Notes: a model not told the origin generated them from the letters alone. Positions 51,161-60,493 are shown, counted from the first letter of the stretch. The stretch is 64,000 nucleotides of DNA from Patescibacteria group bacterium (GCA_965660445.1 CBFIAK010000001.1:544001-608000); one strand, 5' to 3'. Program-made: numbers and translations.

Positions 51161-52595
51161 ATGTGTTCGTTTGTAATGCGTGAGCAAGGCGAAGTAATTG
51201 AGCTTCTTCAAAGGCGGGAGCCATAAAATGGACGCCAATAGGAAGTTTTGATTGAGAATGTGATCCAGAAGGAATTGATATTCCACATATACCCGCGAGC
51301 GATGATGGGGTTAAGAAGATGTCTTCGTGATACATATCAATAGGAGATCTGTTTTCTCCGATAGAAAATGCTGGCGTTGGAGAAACGGGGCTTAACAGTA
51401 TATCGGCTTTCTGAAACGCATTTTTGAAATCCTGAATAATAAGGGTTCTTATTTTTTGAGCTTGTTGGTAATAGGCACTGCTATTGTCGTGCCCGAGAAT
51501 ATGAACGCCCATCATGATTCTTCGTTTTACCTCGGATCCAAGAAACTGAGTTCGGTTTTCACGATAGAGTTCGGCGAGTGTTTTTTCGTTTGTACTTTTT
51601 CCGTATCGTATACCATCAAATCGAGACATATTTGCCGATATTTCTGCAGGAGCAATAACATAATAAGCTGCCATTGCATACTTCGTGTGAGGCAGTGATA
51701 CATCGACTATTTCTGCCCCCATACTGAGGAGTTGTTGTTTTGTTTTTTCGATGGTTTTGAGTATTTCAGGGTCAATCGTGTACTCGAAATATTCTTTAGG
51801 TATTCCTATTCTTAAACGAGGAAGTGGAGATCTGAGAATTTGAGTATAATCGGGGGTATCGATATTTTTAGTGGTGCTATCATATACATCATTTCCGGCT
51901 ATATATGATAAAAGAAGAGCACAATCATGAGCTGTTTTTGCCAGAGGTCCGATCGTATCTAAACTTGGTGCCATAGGAATAACTCCAGATCTTGAAACAC
52001 GACCATAAGACACTTTAAGTCCGGTTACACCACAGAAATGAGCGGGTTGCCGTATAGATCCTCCTGTATCGGTACCAATTGATGCGGCACCAAAATGAGC
52101 GGCAACGGCTACTGCTGATCCTCCACTACTTCCACCTGATACTTTCTGGGTATTGTGTGGATTTTTGGTGACACCAAAGGCTGACGTTTCGGTGGAGGAC
52201 CCCATAGTGAATTCATCGGTGTTTACTTTACCGAGAAGAACGCATCCGGCTTGCTTTAACTTTTTCCAAACAGTTGCATCGAAAGGGGGAATAAAGTCTT
52301 CCAGCATATGTGAACTAGCCGTAGTTCGTATGCCCTTGGTACAGATAACATCTTTGAGTGTTATTGGAATTCCGTCTAAGGGAGAAATCGGGGCATTTTT
52401 TTGGTATCGTTTATCACTTTCTTGAGCTTGTGTTAATGCGTAATCAAACGTTTTGGTTACAAACGCATTGAGTGTTGTGTCTTCTTTTTCTATGTGATCT
52501 ATGTAATTTTTTGTTAATTCAACAGCTGTTATAGATCTATCTTTTAGTTTTTGAGAAAGGGAAAGAATATCTTCTTGTATAATATTTTTATTCAT
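51159..52595 (-). CDS. gatA: Asp/Glu-tRNA amidotransferase subunit A
   Basis: Amidase signature GGSSGGSA, GTDTGGSIRQPA, SRFDGIRYG, EVKRRIMMG. Confidence 0.96.
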   Translation of the reverse strand: MNKNIIQEDILSLSQKLKDRSITAVELTKNYIDHIEKEDTTLNAFVTKTFDYALTQAQESDKRYQKNAPISPLDGIPITLKDVICTKGIRTTASSHMLEDFIPPFDATVWKKLKQAGCVLLGKVNTDEFTMGSSTETSAFGVTKNPHNTQKVSGGSSGGSAVAVAAHFGAASIGTDTGGSIRQPAHFCGVTGLKVSYGRVSRSGVIPMAPSLDTIGPLAKTAHDCALLLSYIAGNDVYDSTTKNIDTPDYTQILRSPLPRLRIGIPKEYFEYTIDPEILKTIEKTKQQLLSMGAEIVDVSLPHTKYAMAAYYVIAPAEISANMSRFDGIRYGKSTNEKTLAELYRENRTQFLGSEVKRRIMMGVHILGHDNSSAYYQQAQKIRTLIIQDFKNAFQKADILLSPVSPTPAFSIGENRSPIDMYHEDIFLTPSSLAGICGISIPSGSHSQSKLPIGVHFMAPAFEEAQLLRLAHALQTNT

Positions 52596-52883
52596 TTATT
52601 GGGTAACAGAAGGAATACAGATTTGGTTTTCATGTTTCGGATGGAGACTGCAGTCAAGAAGTTCTTTTTGGTTTGTTTGTTGTTCTATATCATCATTTCG
52701 AAGTATGTTTGTGTTTCCAGTGACTTGATATGTTGGTGGTATGTTTTGAGTGTCGACTGATTTGAGTGTATCAAGTGTAGAAAAAATAGAAGATAAATCT
52801 TTTTGATATTGCGCTGTTTCTTCTTGAGTAAGGTGAATGTGTGCAAGATGTGCAATGCGTTCAACGTCTTTTTTTTGAATCAT
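52596..52883 (-). CDS. gatC: Asp/Glu-tRNA amidotransferase subunit C
   Basis: DVERIAHLAHI, L..VDT.NI.PT, N.LR.D; abuts gatA. Confidence 0.92.
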   Translation of the reverse strand: MIQKKDVERIAHLAHIHLTQEETAQYQKDLSSIFSTLDTLKSVDTQNIPPTYQVTGNTNILRNDDIEQQTNQKELLDCSLHPKHENQICIPSVTQ

Positions 52884-52988
52884 AATCGGATCATATCAAG
52901 AAAAATTTTTTTTTCAAAAAAACTCATCGATTTCTACTTGCGTAGAGAGTTGTTGACATTATTTGTATTTTATTTTATAAAAATAATA

Positions 52989-54947
52989 ATGAAAAGAAAT
53001 AGTCGTCTTGATGCTTTTGATGCTGATATTCATGATTTTGAGTATGAAAATACTCAGCTTGTTCGTGATATTGTACAAGAAGGACATATTCTTTTTAATG
53101 AGAAAGGAGAAACAATAGAATCAGAAGATGATCGAAACCAATCAGAGTTTATTCATCGTATTTCTGCTTTAGATTTACCATTAAATCACAAGAGTGATGG
53201 GAAAATAAATTCGTATGAAAATTTAGGGTATTTGACTCTTTTATTACAGCGTGAATTAAATGGAAAACGGAGAGGAAAATTTAGTGATCCGAAAATTCAA
53301 GAAGAATATACGGACTGGAAAGAACGAAAAGTGGAGGATCCAGAAACACATGTTTATTTGCAAGAAATATTTCTTCAATCAGTTGAATATTTAGAAGAAT
53401 ACTTAGAAATAGAAGTACCAAAACAATTAAAGTCGCATATTGATTTATTTCATAGAGGATTTGCAGAAGTATTGAAATTTTTATCACTATCACATGTCAA
53501 CCGGCCTAATAAACGATTAGGGGCTTTTGTGTGTGCATTATGTAGTATCGCTGAAACGATTCATTATACAAGAAGTAAACCAGATGAACTGACATCTCTG
53601 CAAGAAAAAACAAAAGATTTTGCTGAATTCATAATTCAAAAAGGAAATATGGGGGTTGTGTCTCTCGATGATTTAGAGCAACGGTTCTCTCTAAAAAGCA
53701 TAGTTCCGGTTTCTTTTGAAGGAGGGTATTTCAAAATGAAGAGTATTGAGTTTGATACAAAAAAAGAACATCGTATTTGGTCGAAGTTATTACGTATAGC
53801 CGATAAAGACAGATCTGACATTGTGAAAGATGGTATTCGGTGTCGTATTTGTGTTGATGCAAATCAAAAAGAAGAAGTGATTCGTTGGTTATCATCACTT
53901 CAGTTTGAGGAAAAGAAAAGTAGTAATACAACGCGATCTGCACAATGGGATGCCATTACCTATATGACAGGAAAATTTCAAGGATCAAATGTTGAGGTTC
54001 AGATTACTGATGAAGAGATGATGAAACGAAGTGATTGGGGAGTCTTGAGACACGAAGTGTATGAAGAAATCCAAAAGATGTTGATATTAAGCCGACTTTT
54101 TGGTTCGGTAAGTGTGGCACGCATGGAACAGAAAAAGAAAGATCTTGTACATCATTATGCTGTTGATGAGGAGGCTCTCGAAAAGAGAATGAATCAATTT
54201 TTTTTCAAGAATCGTGATACAAACCGATATTATTCGTACGAATATGAGTTTCGTATGAGAGGGAAGGGGATTTATAAATCGCATCGTTTTGATGGACTTT
54301 TGGATTATTTTTTAACAGAATTTTATAAACGAGAAGACTTGAGATCGCTCAGGAGTATTTCATATGAAACCTTAGAATCTATTATTCGAGAAAAAAAAAT
54401 TCCAGATGATCTATCAATTGATAAATCTCAAGAAATATATGATTATATGCGAACAAAGAAAGGAGTTTCACTTTCTCTTTTAAAAGGATTAGAACTCGAT
54501 TTAGAAAAACGAAAAACAATGATTCATGTTCGAGATTCTGTTTCTGGAATTATTGAAAACCATAATATTTCGCTCTTATCATCTTCAAAAAAAATAAAAG
54601 CACATATTGAATCTATTTTGATTGATTCGGGGATGAACCGTACAGAAATAGAAGAATATCTAAATTTTTTTGGTGAATCATGGAATGATCGTCGAAAAGT
54701 TTGGGAAGACTACAAAAAAGATGGATTAAATGATATGGTTTCAGCGAAATTATTTTGGAAGACATTTTTTTGGGAAGAACAAAAAGGGTTCATTCAAACC
54801 TTTATTTCCGATGAATTTGTTCAAAAGAAATTAATAGATTCTTTAGAATCATTTATTGATGAATATATTGAGGAAATGGGGGACTCAGATTCATTTATAT
54901 TTTTTGAACACAAAAAGAGTACAAATATAAAACAAAAAAAGGAATAA
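52989..54947 (+). CDS. Hypothetical protein with a divergent RelA/SpoT-like nucleotidyltransferase domain
   Basis: K...RIWSK, IVKDGIRCRI, VEVQIT..M, G.LRHEVY occur in the order of the alarmone synthetase motifs; start probably ATG 52989. Confidence 0.6.
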   Translation: MKRNSRLDAFDADIHDFEYENTQLVRDIVQEGHILFNEKGETIESEDDRNQSEFIHRISALDLPLNHKSDGKINSYENLGYLTLLLQRELNGKRRGKFSDPKIQEEYTDWKERKVEDPETHVYLQEIFLQSVEYLEEYLEIEVPKQLKSHIDLFHRGFAEVLKFLSLSHVNRPNKRLGAFVCALCSIAETIHYTRSKPDELTSLQEKTKDFAEFIIQKGNMGVVSLDDLEQRFSLKSIVPVSFEGGYFKMKSIEFDTKKEHRIWSKLLRIADKDRSDIVKDGIRCRICVDANQKEEVIRWLSSLQFEEKKSSNTTRSAQWDAITYMTGKFQGSNVEVQITDEEMMKRSDWGVLRHEVYEEIQKMLILSRLFGSVSVARMEQKKKDLVHHYAVDEEALEKRMNQFFFKNRDTNRYYSYEYEFRMRGKGIYKSHRFDGLLDYFLTEFYKREDLRSLRSISYETLESIIREKKIPDDLSIDKSQEIYDYMRTKKGVSLSLLKGLELDLEKRKTMIHVRDSVSGIIENHNISLLSSSKKIKAHIESILIDSGMNRTEIEEYLNFFGESWNDRRKVWEDYKKDGLNDMVSAKLFWKTFFWEEQKGFIQTFISDEFVQKKLIDSLESFIDEYIEEMGDSDSFIFFEHKKSTNIKQKKE

Positions 54948-55019
54948 GTAAATCGAAAAATATTGACGAAAAAGAGGAATAAGGGAACAATATTTGTGTA
55001 CTTTATGTTTATTTTTGTA

Positions 55020-55496
55020 ATGGAAGAAGTGAGTTCATCGGTATTCTCTGGAGGTGATGAAGCATTGATTGGTCTCTTTTTGTTGATGCCAATTCTTGCA
55101 ATTTTGTTTTGTATAATACTGGGAATTGTATTGGCTTCAACGTGTGTGCTTTTTCAAAAAGCGGGTTATAAGTGGTATGAAGGGCTTATTAGTGGACATA
55201 ATTCCGTTGTTTTTCTCAAGATAGCTCAAAAACCAATTTGGTGGTTTTTTCTTGTTTTGTTACCGTTTTTGGCGTCTGTGATAGGGGCTTTGACGGCTCA
55301 TGAAATAGTATATGCAATATTAGTTGGTGGATCTTTGGTGTTTTTGTTTGTTTTGCATATAAAAATACTGTTTTCACTCTCTCATCTTTTTGGGAAATCA
55401 AAGAAATTTGCTATTGGACTTATCCTTTTACCGTTTATATTTTTGCCAATACTTGCGTTTGGAGACGCAGAGTATAAGGGCGTTTGTTCTTGTTAA
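55020..55496 (+). CDS. DUF5684-like membrane protein
   Basis: LFQKAG.KWY, FGKS..FAIGLILLPFIFLPILAFG..EY. Confidence 0.75.
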   Translation: MEEVSSSVFSGGDEALIGLFLLMPILAILFCIILGIVLASTCVLFQKAGYKWYEGLISGHNSVVFLKIAQKPIWWFFLVLLPFLASVIGALTAHEIVYAILVGGSLVFLFVLHIKILFSLSHLFGKSKKFAIGLILLPFIFLPILAFGDAEYKGVCSC

Positions 55497-55515
55497 ATAC
55501 ACATACAAACACACG

Positions 55516-55558
55516 AAAAAAAGAGTCCTCACAAAATATACGAGGACTCTTTTTTTTT
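55516..55558 (+). terminator. Intrinsic terminator
   Basis: AAAAAAAGAGTCCTC/GAGGACTCTTTTTTT stem. Confidence 0.75.
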
Positions 55559-55626
55559 GAAAAGCAAGGGTATTGAGGGGGGTGTGCTCTTGAAGTAATA
55601 GGCAATACTCGATAGACTGTGAGACG

Positions 55627-56475
55627 ATGAACTATTGGATTCGTTTATTATCACGAAGTTTTCGAGAAGGCTCCATTCAGTTGTGGCGAAATAAATTTTT
55701 ATCGTTTTCAACTATTTTTTTGGGAGGGCTTATTCTCTTTCTGTTGAACTTTATGATGAGTATCGAGTATTACGCAGATGCTTCTTTGGCTCGGTTAGAA
55801 ACAAAAGCTGATTTTGTAGCACTCTTTGATTCAGGGTATGATGTGTTTGAACGAGAGGCGTTGGAGAATGATTTGCTCCTTTTTCCCGTTTCGGTGACTC
55901 GAAAAGAACCCGTATTAGAAGATGGAATTTTGTTGCCAGAAAGACTGCATATAACGTTTCATGAATTAGAGTCAGTACAAAGAGTGTTTGAGATACTTAA
56001 AAGTCAGAGATATGGTGTTTTGTTTCAACAATGGGATCACGAAGGAGAGCGTGAGTTTGTGGAAATTGTTGATCAGTTGTTACGTATTCGTCACACAGTA
56101 GAACGAGTGGGGTTTTGGATGCTTATTATTTTTGTATGTGGAGGTGTATTTTTAGGGCTCAATACTTTTCGGATTGTTCTTTTTTCTCGAAAAGACGAAA
56201 TTTTTATTGCTCGACTTGTCGGTGCTGAGCATCGATTTATATCGTGGCCATTTTTATGGGAGGGGATTTTAGTCGGGTTTTTATCAGCTTGTATTGGTAT
56301 TGTTGTCTTTATTCTTGTCTTAAGAGAGGTTTATTTTTTACCAGGAGGAGATATTTTTGTGTACTTTCTAAATGAAGGTGTTTTTGCATATCAGTTGTAT
56401 GGATCTGGACTCGTTGGTGGTGTTGGAGCTTGGTTTGCGGTAAGACGGTATTTGTTTGGTCATTTTGATAAATAA
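55627..56475 (+). CDS. ftsX: FtsX-like permease
   Basis: LWRNKFLS..TI, NTFRIVLFSRKDEI.IARLVGA...FI..PFL.EG; four TM helices. Confidence 0.85.
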   Translation: MNYWIRLLSRSFREGSIQLWRNKFLSFSTIFLGGLILFLLNFMMSIEYYADASLARLETKADFVALFDSGYDVFEREALENDLLLFPVSVTRKEPVLEDGILLPERLHITFHELESVQRVFEILKSQRYGVLFQQWDHEGEREFVEIVDQLLRIRHTVERVGFWMLIIFVCGGVFLGLNTFRIVLFSRKDEIFIARLVGAEHRFISWPFLWEGILVGFLSACIGIVVFILVLREVYFLPGGDIFVYFLNEGVFAYQLYGSGLVGGVGAWFAVRRYLFGHFDK

Positions 56476-57168
56476 ATGGGACGGATATTTGAGTCTGTGC
56501 ATGGTCTTTTATTGAAAAAGACGAACTTACCCAATGATGACGCTTTTTTAGATGTTTTTACAAAAGAACACGGACGTATTCAAATATCGGTAAGAAAACT
56601 AGCAAATTCTCGTAAAAAAAATGCAGAAATAGATTTTTTTCGGTTTCTTTTATTTGGGGTGGAAAAAACAAGAACTGGAAACTATGTGTTGAGAACGGTT
56701 GAAGCTTTACAGGTTTTTTCAAATATGTCATCAGCTCATGCTTTACTAAAAAGAGGATTTGTGTGGTTGGAATGTATACGTCGGTCGGGTATTGATTCAG
56801 AAGGGGATGAAAGTGTTTTTCAAACGTGTTTGCATTGTTTTGAGCGTGCGAGTGTTTTAAATATGAAGGCATGGGATGTCTATATTCGTATTTTTATATT
56901 AGATAAAGCTGGGTTATTTGTGCGTTTTGATAGTGTAAGAGGGGATGTGTATTTCGATGTGAGTCATTTTGCGTTTTTAAAAACACAAAAAGCTGATACC
57001 ATTTTTATTCCAAACAGAATTCGCCAAATAATAGAGTTTGTCAGAAGAGAAGATATAATTCTCTTTGAAGAAAAACATCATCAGTTTCAAGACGATGAAT
57101 GGAACGCTATTCAAGATATTGTGAAAGTAATTGAGGAATATCATTATGAGTCTTTTTCTGATGTATAA
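56476..57168 (+). CDS. recO: DNA repair protein RecO (divergent, no zinc-finger cysteines recognised)
   Basis: GLLLKK.NL...D.FL.VFTKEHGRI N-terminal OB-fold pattern. Confidence 0.75.
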   Translation: MGRIFESVHGLLLKKTNLPNDDAFLDVFTKEHGRIQISVRKLANSRKKNAEIDFFRFLLFGVEKTRTGNYVLRTVEALQVFSNMSSAHALLKRGFVWLECIRRSGIDSEGDESVFQTCLHCFERASVLNMKAWDVYIRIFILDKAGLFVRFDSVRGDVYFDVSHFAFLKTQKADTIFIPNRIRQIIEFVRREDIILFEEKHHQFQDDEWNAIQDIVKVIEEYHYESFSDV

Positions 57169-57260
57169 AATAGAATAATTGATGATGTGAGACAATATGG
57201 ATTTATTGACCAAAGGGGTATAAAAAAAGAGAATAGGAGTGAATTTATAAGGTTTTATTT

Positions 57261-57884
57261 ATGCGTCATCGTTCTGCAATTGTTTTCGGATATGTATTAG
57301 CCCTTTCTTTTTTTGTTGTTCCGTTCGCTCATGCATTTGATTCTGTTGTTTGGAGTGTTCAAAATACGTCACAAAACAACGCAGATGCTTTACAAGACGG
57401 AGCTTATCCAGGTGATGTATTGCGATTTGATATTGATGTTACTCCTGTTGATGGGCCAGAAGACTTTTTACTTGTAGATGTTACTCAAATTATTGATAAA
57501 TCTCGTATTATTGACAAAGGGTTCGGGGATTTAAGTGGAAATGAATTATCCTATCCGGTGTTTGATGGATCAGAAATGACATTCTTTGTGAGAGTAAATC
57601 AAGACTGTACAACGGCCGATCCAACATTGATGGCAACTGCAGATGGAGAATCTGTTTCCGTGAATTTATTTTGTTTAGAGTCTGGAGCAACTGAGCCATC
57701 AGGAGGAGGAAGTAATGAACCTCGAGAAGTGGTTGAAACTCCTCCAATGGAAGAGTTAAACACAAGCGATGTATTGTTGCCGAGTACGGGAACTTCATCA
57801 CAAAATATAATTATGAGTGTTATCGGTATTGTGCTTTTCGGGGCAATTGCTTTGGGGAGTTTATACGTTTCTAAAAAAGACTAA
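57261..57884 (+). CDS. Secreted protein with an LPxTG-type C-terminal sorting signal
   Basis: Signal peptide AHA; DUF11-like A.PGD.L.F; LPSTG, then a TM helix and a KK tail. Confidence 0.75.
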   Translation: MRHRSAIVFGYVLALSFFVVPFAHAFDSVVWSVQNTSQNNADALQDGAYPGDVLRFDIDVTPVDGPEDFLLVDVTQIIDKSRIIDKGFGDLSGNELSYPVFDGSEMTFFVRVNQDCTTADPTLMATADGESVSVNLFCLESGATEPSGGGSNEPREVVETPPMEELNTSDVLLPSTGTSSQNIIMSVIGIVLFGAIALGSLYVSKKD

Positions 57885-57907
57885 TCAGCACACAGTAGAA
57901 AACAATG

Positions 57908-57955
57908 AAGAAAGCGGGTGTATTCTGAAGTTTCAGAATAGGCCCTTTCTTTTTT
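57908..57955 (+). terminator. Long hairpin terminator
   Basis: AAGAAAG..GGG..TATTCTGAA/TTCAGAATA..CCC.TTTCTT followed by a T-run. Confidence 0.6.
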
Positions 57956-58007
57956 GGTGTTGTATTGAAATAATTGTTTTCTTGTGATATAATAAAAAGA
58001 ATTCTAC

Positions 58008-58298
58008 ATGTTTTATAGAAACCATCGGCAATCGGGGAAGAAAAAGAGTGTTTTTGGGGGACATGTAAAGTCTCCTCAAGAGATTCGAGCCTTGAATAAA
58101 AATATTCGATCGGTTGAGAAAGCTGAGTTAAAAGCTTTTGAAGAGCATTTAGAATCAAATGCTCATCACATTTGGGATGATTCAAGTGGATCATCTGGTG
58201 GTGATTCTGATAGTGTGGATAAGCAATTAACGTCAAAAGAAAAACTTATGATTCTTTCTCGGTTACAGCTTAATTTAAATAAATTATTACAAAAATAA
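58008..58298 (+). CDS. Hypothetical protein
   Basis: 96-aa ORF downstream of TGATATAAT; closely coupled to the next ORF. Confidence 0.55.
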   Translation: MFYRNHRQSGKKKSVFGGHVKSPQEIRALNKNIRSVEKAELKAFEEHLESNAHHIWDDSSGSSGGDSDSVDKQLTSKEKLMILSRLQLNLNKLLQK

Positions 58299-58300
58299 TC

Positions 58301-58597
58301 ATGGATAAAAAGTTATCATCGGCTCCAGAAAAAAAAGATATATTTCATGAGAAAGAAAACGGGTTTCATGTGAAAAAGGAAACACTTAAAACAGAGGTAG
58401 AAACAGACGTTTCTCTTGATGAAAATCGTGTAGATATTGAAGTACAACATACAAAAGAATTGCTTTCTCATCTTGATACGAAAAATGGAATTCCTCTCGA
58501 ACTTTTAGAAGGTATTGATATCGATGATCCAGAGGTTCGTTTATTTTTGAAAAATGAGTGTGGTATTGATTTGGATCGATTAGAAAGTATTAATTAA
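58301..58597 (+). CDS. Hypothetical acidic protein
   Basis: 98-aa ORF starting 2 nt after the previous stop. Confidence 0.55.
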   Translation: MDKKLSSAPEKKDIFHEKENGFHVKKETLKTEVETDVSLDENRVDIEVQHTKELLSHLDTKNGIPLELLEGIDIDDPEVRLFLKNECGIDLDRLESIN

Positions 58598-58712
58598 AAA
58601 TAAGAATATTAAGAATCAAGAAGAATATTTTCTTTTTGAGTTAAAAATGATTGATTTTTTTGTCTGATACGGGTATTAAAGAGTCAAGTATTTTTAATCC
58701 TTCTTTATTCTT

Positions 58713-59066
58713 ATGAAAAATTTAATTCTTTTTTCTGTTTTAACGGTTCCTACCTTGGTTTTTGCGGGCGGATATGGTGGTGGGTCATCATATTCTCCAA
58801 AAAGCACTCAAACTTCACCAGTGACTATTACAATACCAGTGACGACAAATTCTGATATGATGACAGAGCCTATGCCAGTTGTAGAAGAAATGCCAGTTGT
58901 TACTCAAACTCCACGAGTTCGATACAATCCATATCTTTGGAGAGCTATGCGATCAGCTGAGTTAGTATCTCCTATTGATCGAAAGACAACAGGACACACT
59001 ATTGTTGATCAACGAACACAACGTGCACAGTCTCGATTGATGAGATACCGAATGTTGGGGCAATAG
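58713..59066 (+). CDS. Small secreted hypothetical protein
   Basis: Signal peptide (..LVFA-GG); T/P-rich stalk; Arg-rich C-terminus. Confidence 0.65.
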   Translation: MKNLILFSVLTVPTLVFAGGYGGGSSYSPKSTQTSPVTITIPVTTNSDMMTEPMPVVEEMPVVTQTPRVRYNPYLWRAMRSAELVSPIDRKTTGHTIVDQRTQRAQSRLMRYRMLGQ

Positions 59067-59081
59067 TGTTCATTATAATCC

Positions 59082-59180
59082 GGAATCTTGAATCTAGAAT
59101 GAATAGCAGGAATCACAAGGTTGTCCACAGCCTTGTGATTTTTTTGTATATTTCATACTTTAAGATTCATAATACTAATT
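59082..59180 (+). repeat. Modular heptamer/hairpin repeat, copy 2
   Basis: GGAATCTTGAATCTAGAAT, core AATCACAAGG-TTGTCCACAG-CCTTGTGATT (59111-59140), degenerate ATAATTC run. Confidence 0.8.
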
Positions 59181-59193
59181 TTCCCAATAGTAT

Positions 59194-59221
59194 TTGACCA
59201 AGATTCTTTTTTTAGTAGAAT
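59194..59221 (+). promoter_or_regulatory. Putative sigma70 promoter upstream of repeat copy 3 and tRNA-Met
   Basis: TTGACC-16 nt-TAGAAT. Confidence 0.5.
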
Positions 59222-59232
59222 TGAGGAAGCGT

Positions 59233-59373
59233 GAGAGCTCTAAAGAGCTCGAATCTGGAATCCTGAATCTGGAATCTAGAATGAATCACAGGAAACGCAA
59301 AAAGTCGTGAGATTATGCAAAACCTTGTGATTACGCCATAATTCATACTTCATGATTCATAATTCATAATTCC
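59233..59373 (+). repeat. Modular heptamer/hairpin repeat, copy 3
   Basis: GAGCTC-TAAA-GAGCTC hairpin, GAATC heptamer run, AATCACAGG...CCTTGTGATT, ATAATTC run. Confidence 0.8.
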
Positions 59374-59380
59374 AATTTCC

Positions 59381-59529
59381 CCATTTACTGAAAATGTGAA
59401 ATCATTCATGTGATAATGCGATTACTAAAAAAAATTTAGTAGTAGCGTGTAGAATTTTTTTTAAGACGAGATGATGATACAATATTGGAAGCCAATGGTG
59501 CATACCATTTACTGAAAATGTAAAATCAT
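59381..59529 (+). repeat. 25-bp direct repeat pair
   Basis: CCATTTACTGAAAATGT(G/A)AAATCAT at 59381-59405 and 59505-59529, one mismatch. Confidence 0.85.
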
Positions 59530-59539
59530 CAGCGAGGAC

Positions 59540-59616
59540 GGCTCGGTAGCTCAGTTGGTGAGAGCGCAGGATTCATAACCCTGAGGTCGACAGTTCAAAT
59601 CTGTCTCGAGCCACCA
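59540..59616 (+). tRNA. tRNA-Met (anticodon CAT), probably elongator; Ile2 not fully excluded
   Basis: GGCTCGG/TCGAGCC acceptor stem, TAGCTCAGTTGG D-arm, TT-CAT-AA loop, GACAG-TTCAAAT-CTGTC T-arm, encoded CCA. Confidence 0.95.
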
Positions 59617-59711
59617 TTGAATGTCATGACAAACAATTATAAAAAAATCACCAGTGCTTCAATGATGTGCCATATGACACCGAGACTTAATATTAAGTTT
59701 AATTTAACCCT

Positions 59712-60182
59712 ATGAGTACCATGCAAAAAATAGTTCCAAATCTTTGGTTTGAAGGCAATGCAAAAGAAGCAGTAGAATACTACTTATCGATATTCAAAGA
59801 TGGTAGAATTATAAATATTACCTACTACCCTAAAACAGAAACTGAAGGACTTGCTGATTTTCAAAAGGATCTTGCGGGTAAAGTGCTTACAGTGGAATTC
59901 GAAATATTAGGAATGAGGTTTATCGCTATAAATGCAGGGCCAGAATTTAAGTTTAATGAGTCTGTTTCGTTTATGATAACTTGCAAAGACCAAGCGGAAA
60001 TTGACTATTACTGGGATTCACTAACCACTAATGGTGGTGAAGAAAGTGTGTGCGGATGGCTCAAAGATAAGTATGGGTTAAGTTGGCAGGTTAGTCCTAA
60101 AAACTGGGAAGAACTTAATAAAAAGCCAGGTGCCTTTAAAAAATTGATGGGAATGAAAAAGCTCATTATTGCAGACTTTTAA
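59712..60182 (+). CDS. VOC-family protein (PhnB / 3-demethylubiquinone-9 3-methyltransferase-like)
   Basis: QKIVPNLWF.GNAKEA, NAGPEFKFNESVSF, CGWLKDKYGLSWQV. Confidence 0.93.
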   Translation: MSTMQKIVPNLWFEGNAKEAVEYYLSIFKDGRIINITYYPKTETEGLADFQKDLAGKVLTVEFEILGMRFIAINAGPEFKFNESVSFMITCKDQAEIDYYWDSLTTNGGEESVCGWLKDKYGLSWQVSPKNWEELNKKPGAFKKLMGMKKLIIADF

Positions 60183-60390
60183 TCTAGATAAAACCTGTCT
60201 AAATTGTTAAGAATATAACTGAGAAGGCTTGGTTTATCATCCAAAATTAATTATAGCTTGTGGGCTGCTGTGTTCAATAATGACTTATGTTTTCATTACA
60301 ACATCCTTGTAGAAATCCTCAACTTTAGATACCGTTATTAAAGAGAGATACTGCTTTAAATCGCTTAATACAGTGTCTAAAATGGGGTCG

Positions 60391-60435
60391 AACCCTTTGG
60401 TCATCGGTTCAATATCTGTCTTGGAGGGCCCACCA
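60391..60435 (+). pseudogene. Degenerate tRNA 3'-half (att-like)
   Basis: AACCCTTTGGTCATCGGTTCAATATCTGTCTTGGAGGGCCCACCA versus tRNA-Met AACCCTGAGGTCGACAGTTCAAATCTGTCTCGAGCCACCA. Confidence 0.65.
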
Positions 60436-60491
60436 TTCTACGCACAGCGTAGAATGCCCTGTGTAGCTTTATGCGAAGCATGGGCTTTTTT
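60435..60491 (+). terminator. Double-hairpin tRNA trailer/terminator
   Basis: ATTCTACGC-ACA-GCGTAGAAT, then GCCC..GTAGCTTTATGCGAAGCATGGGC-T6. Confidence 0.6.
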
Positions 60492-60493
60492 CG

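Larger units (their letters stand above)
59617..60435. mobile_element. Small tRNA-integrated islet remnant
   Basis: Bounded by tRNA-Met and a degenerate tRNA 3'-half copy; one cargo gene; no integrase. Confidence 0.55.

Noticed and set aside
59381-59529. Mini CRISPR array
   Set aside because: Only two repeats with a 99-bp spacer and no cas genes in the window
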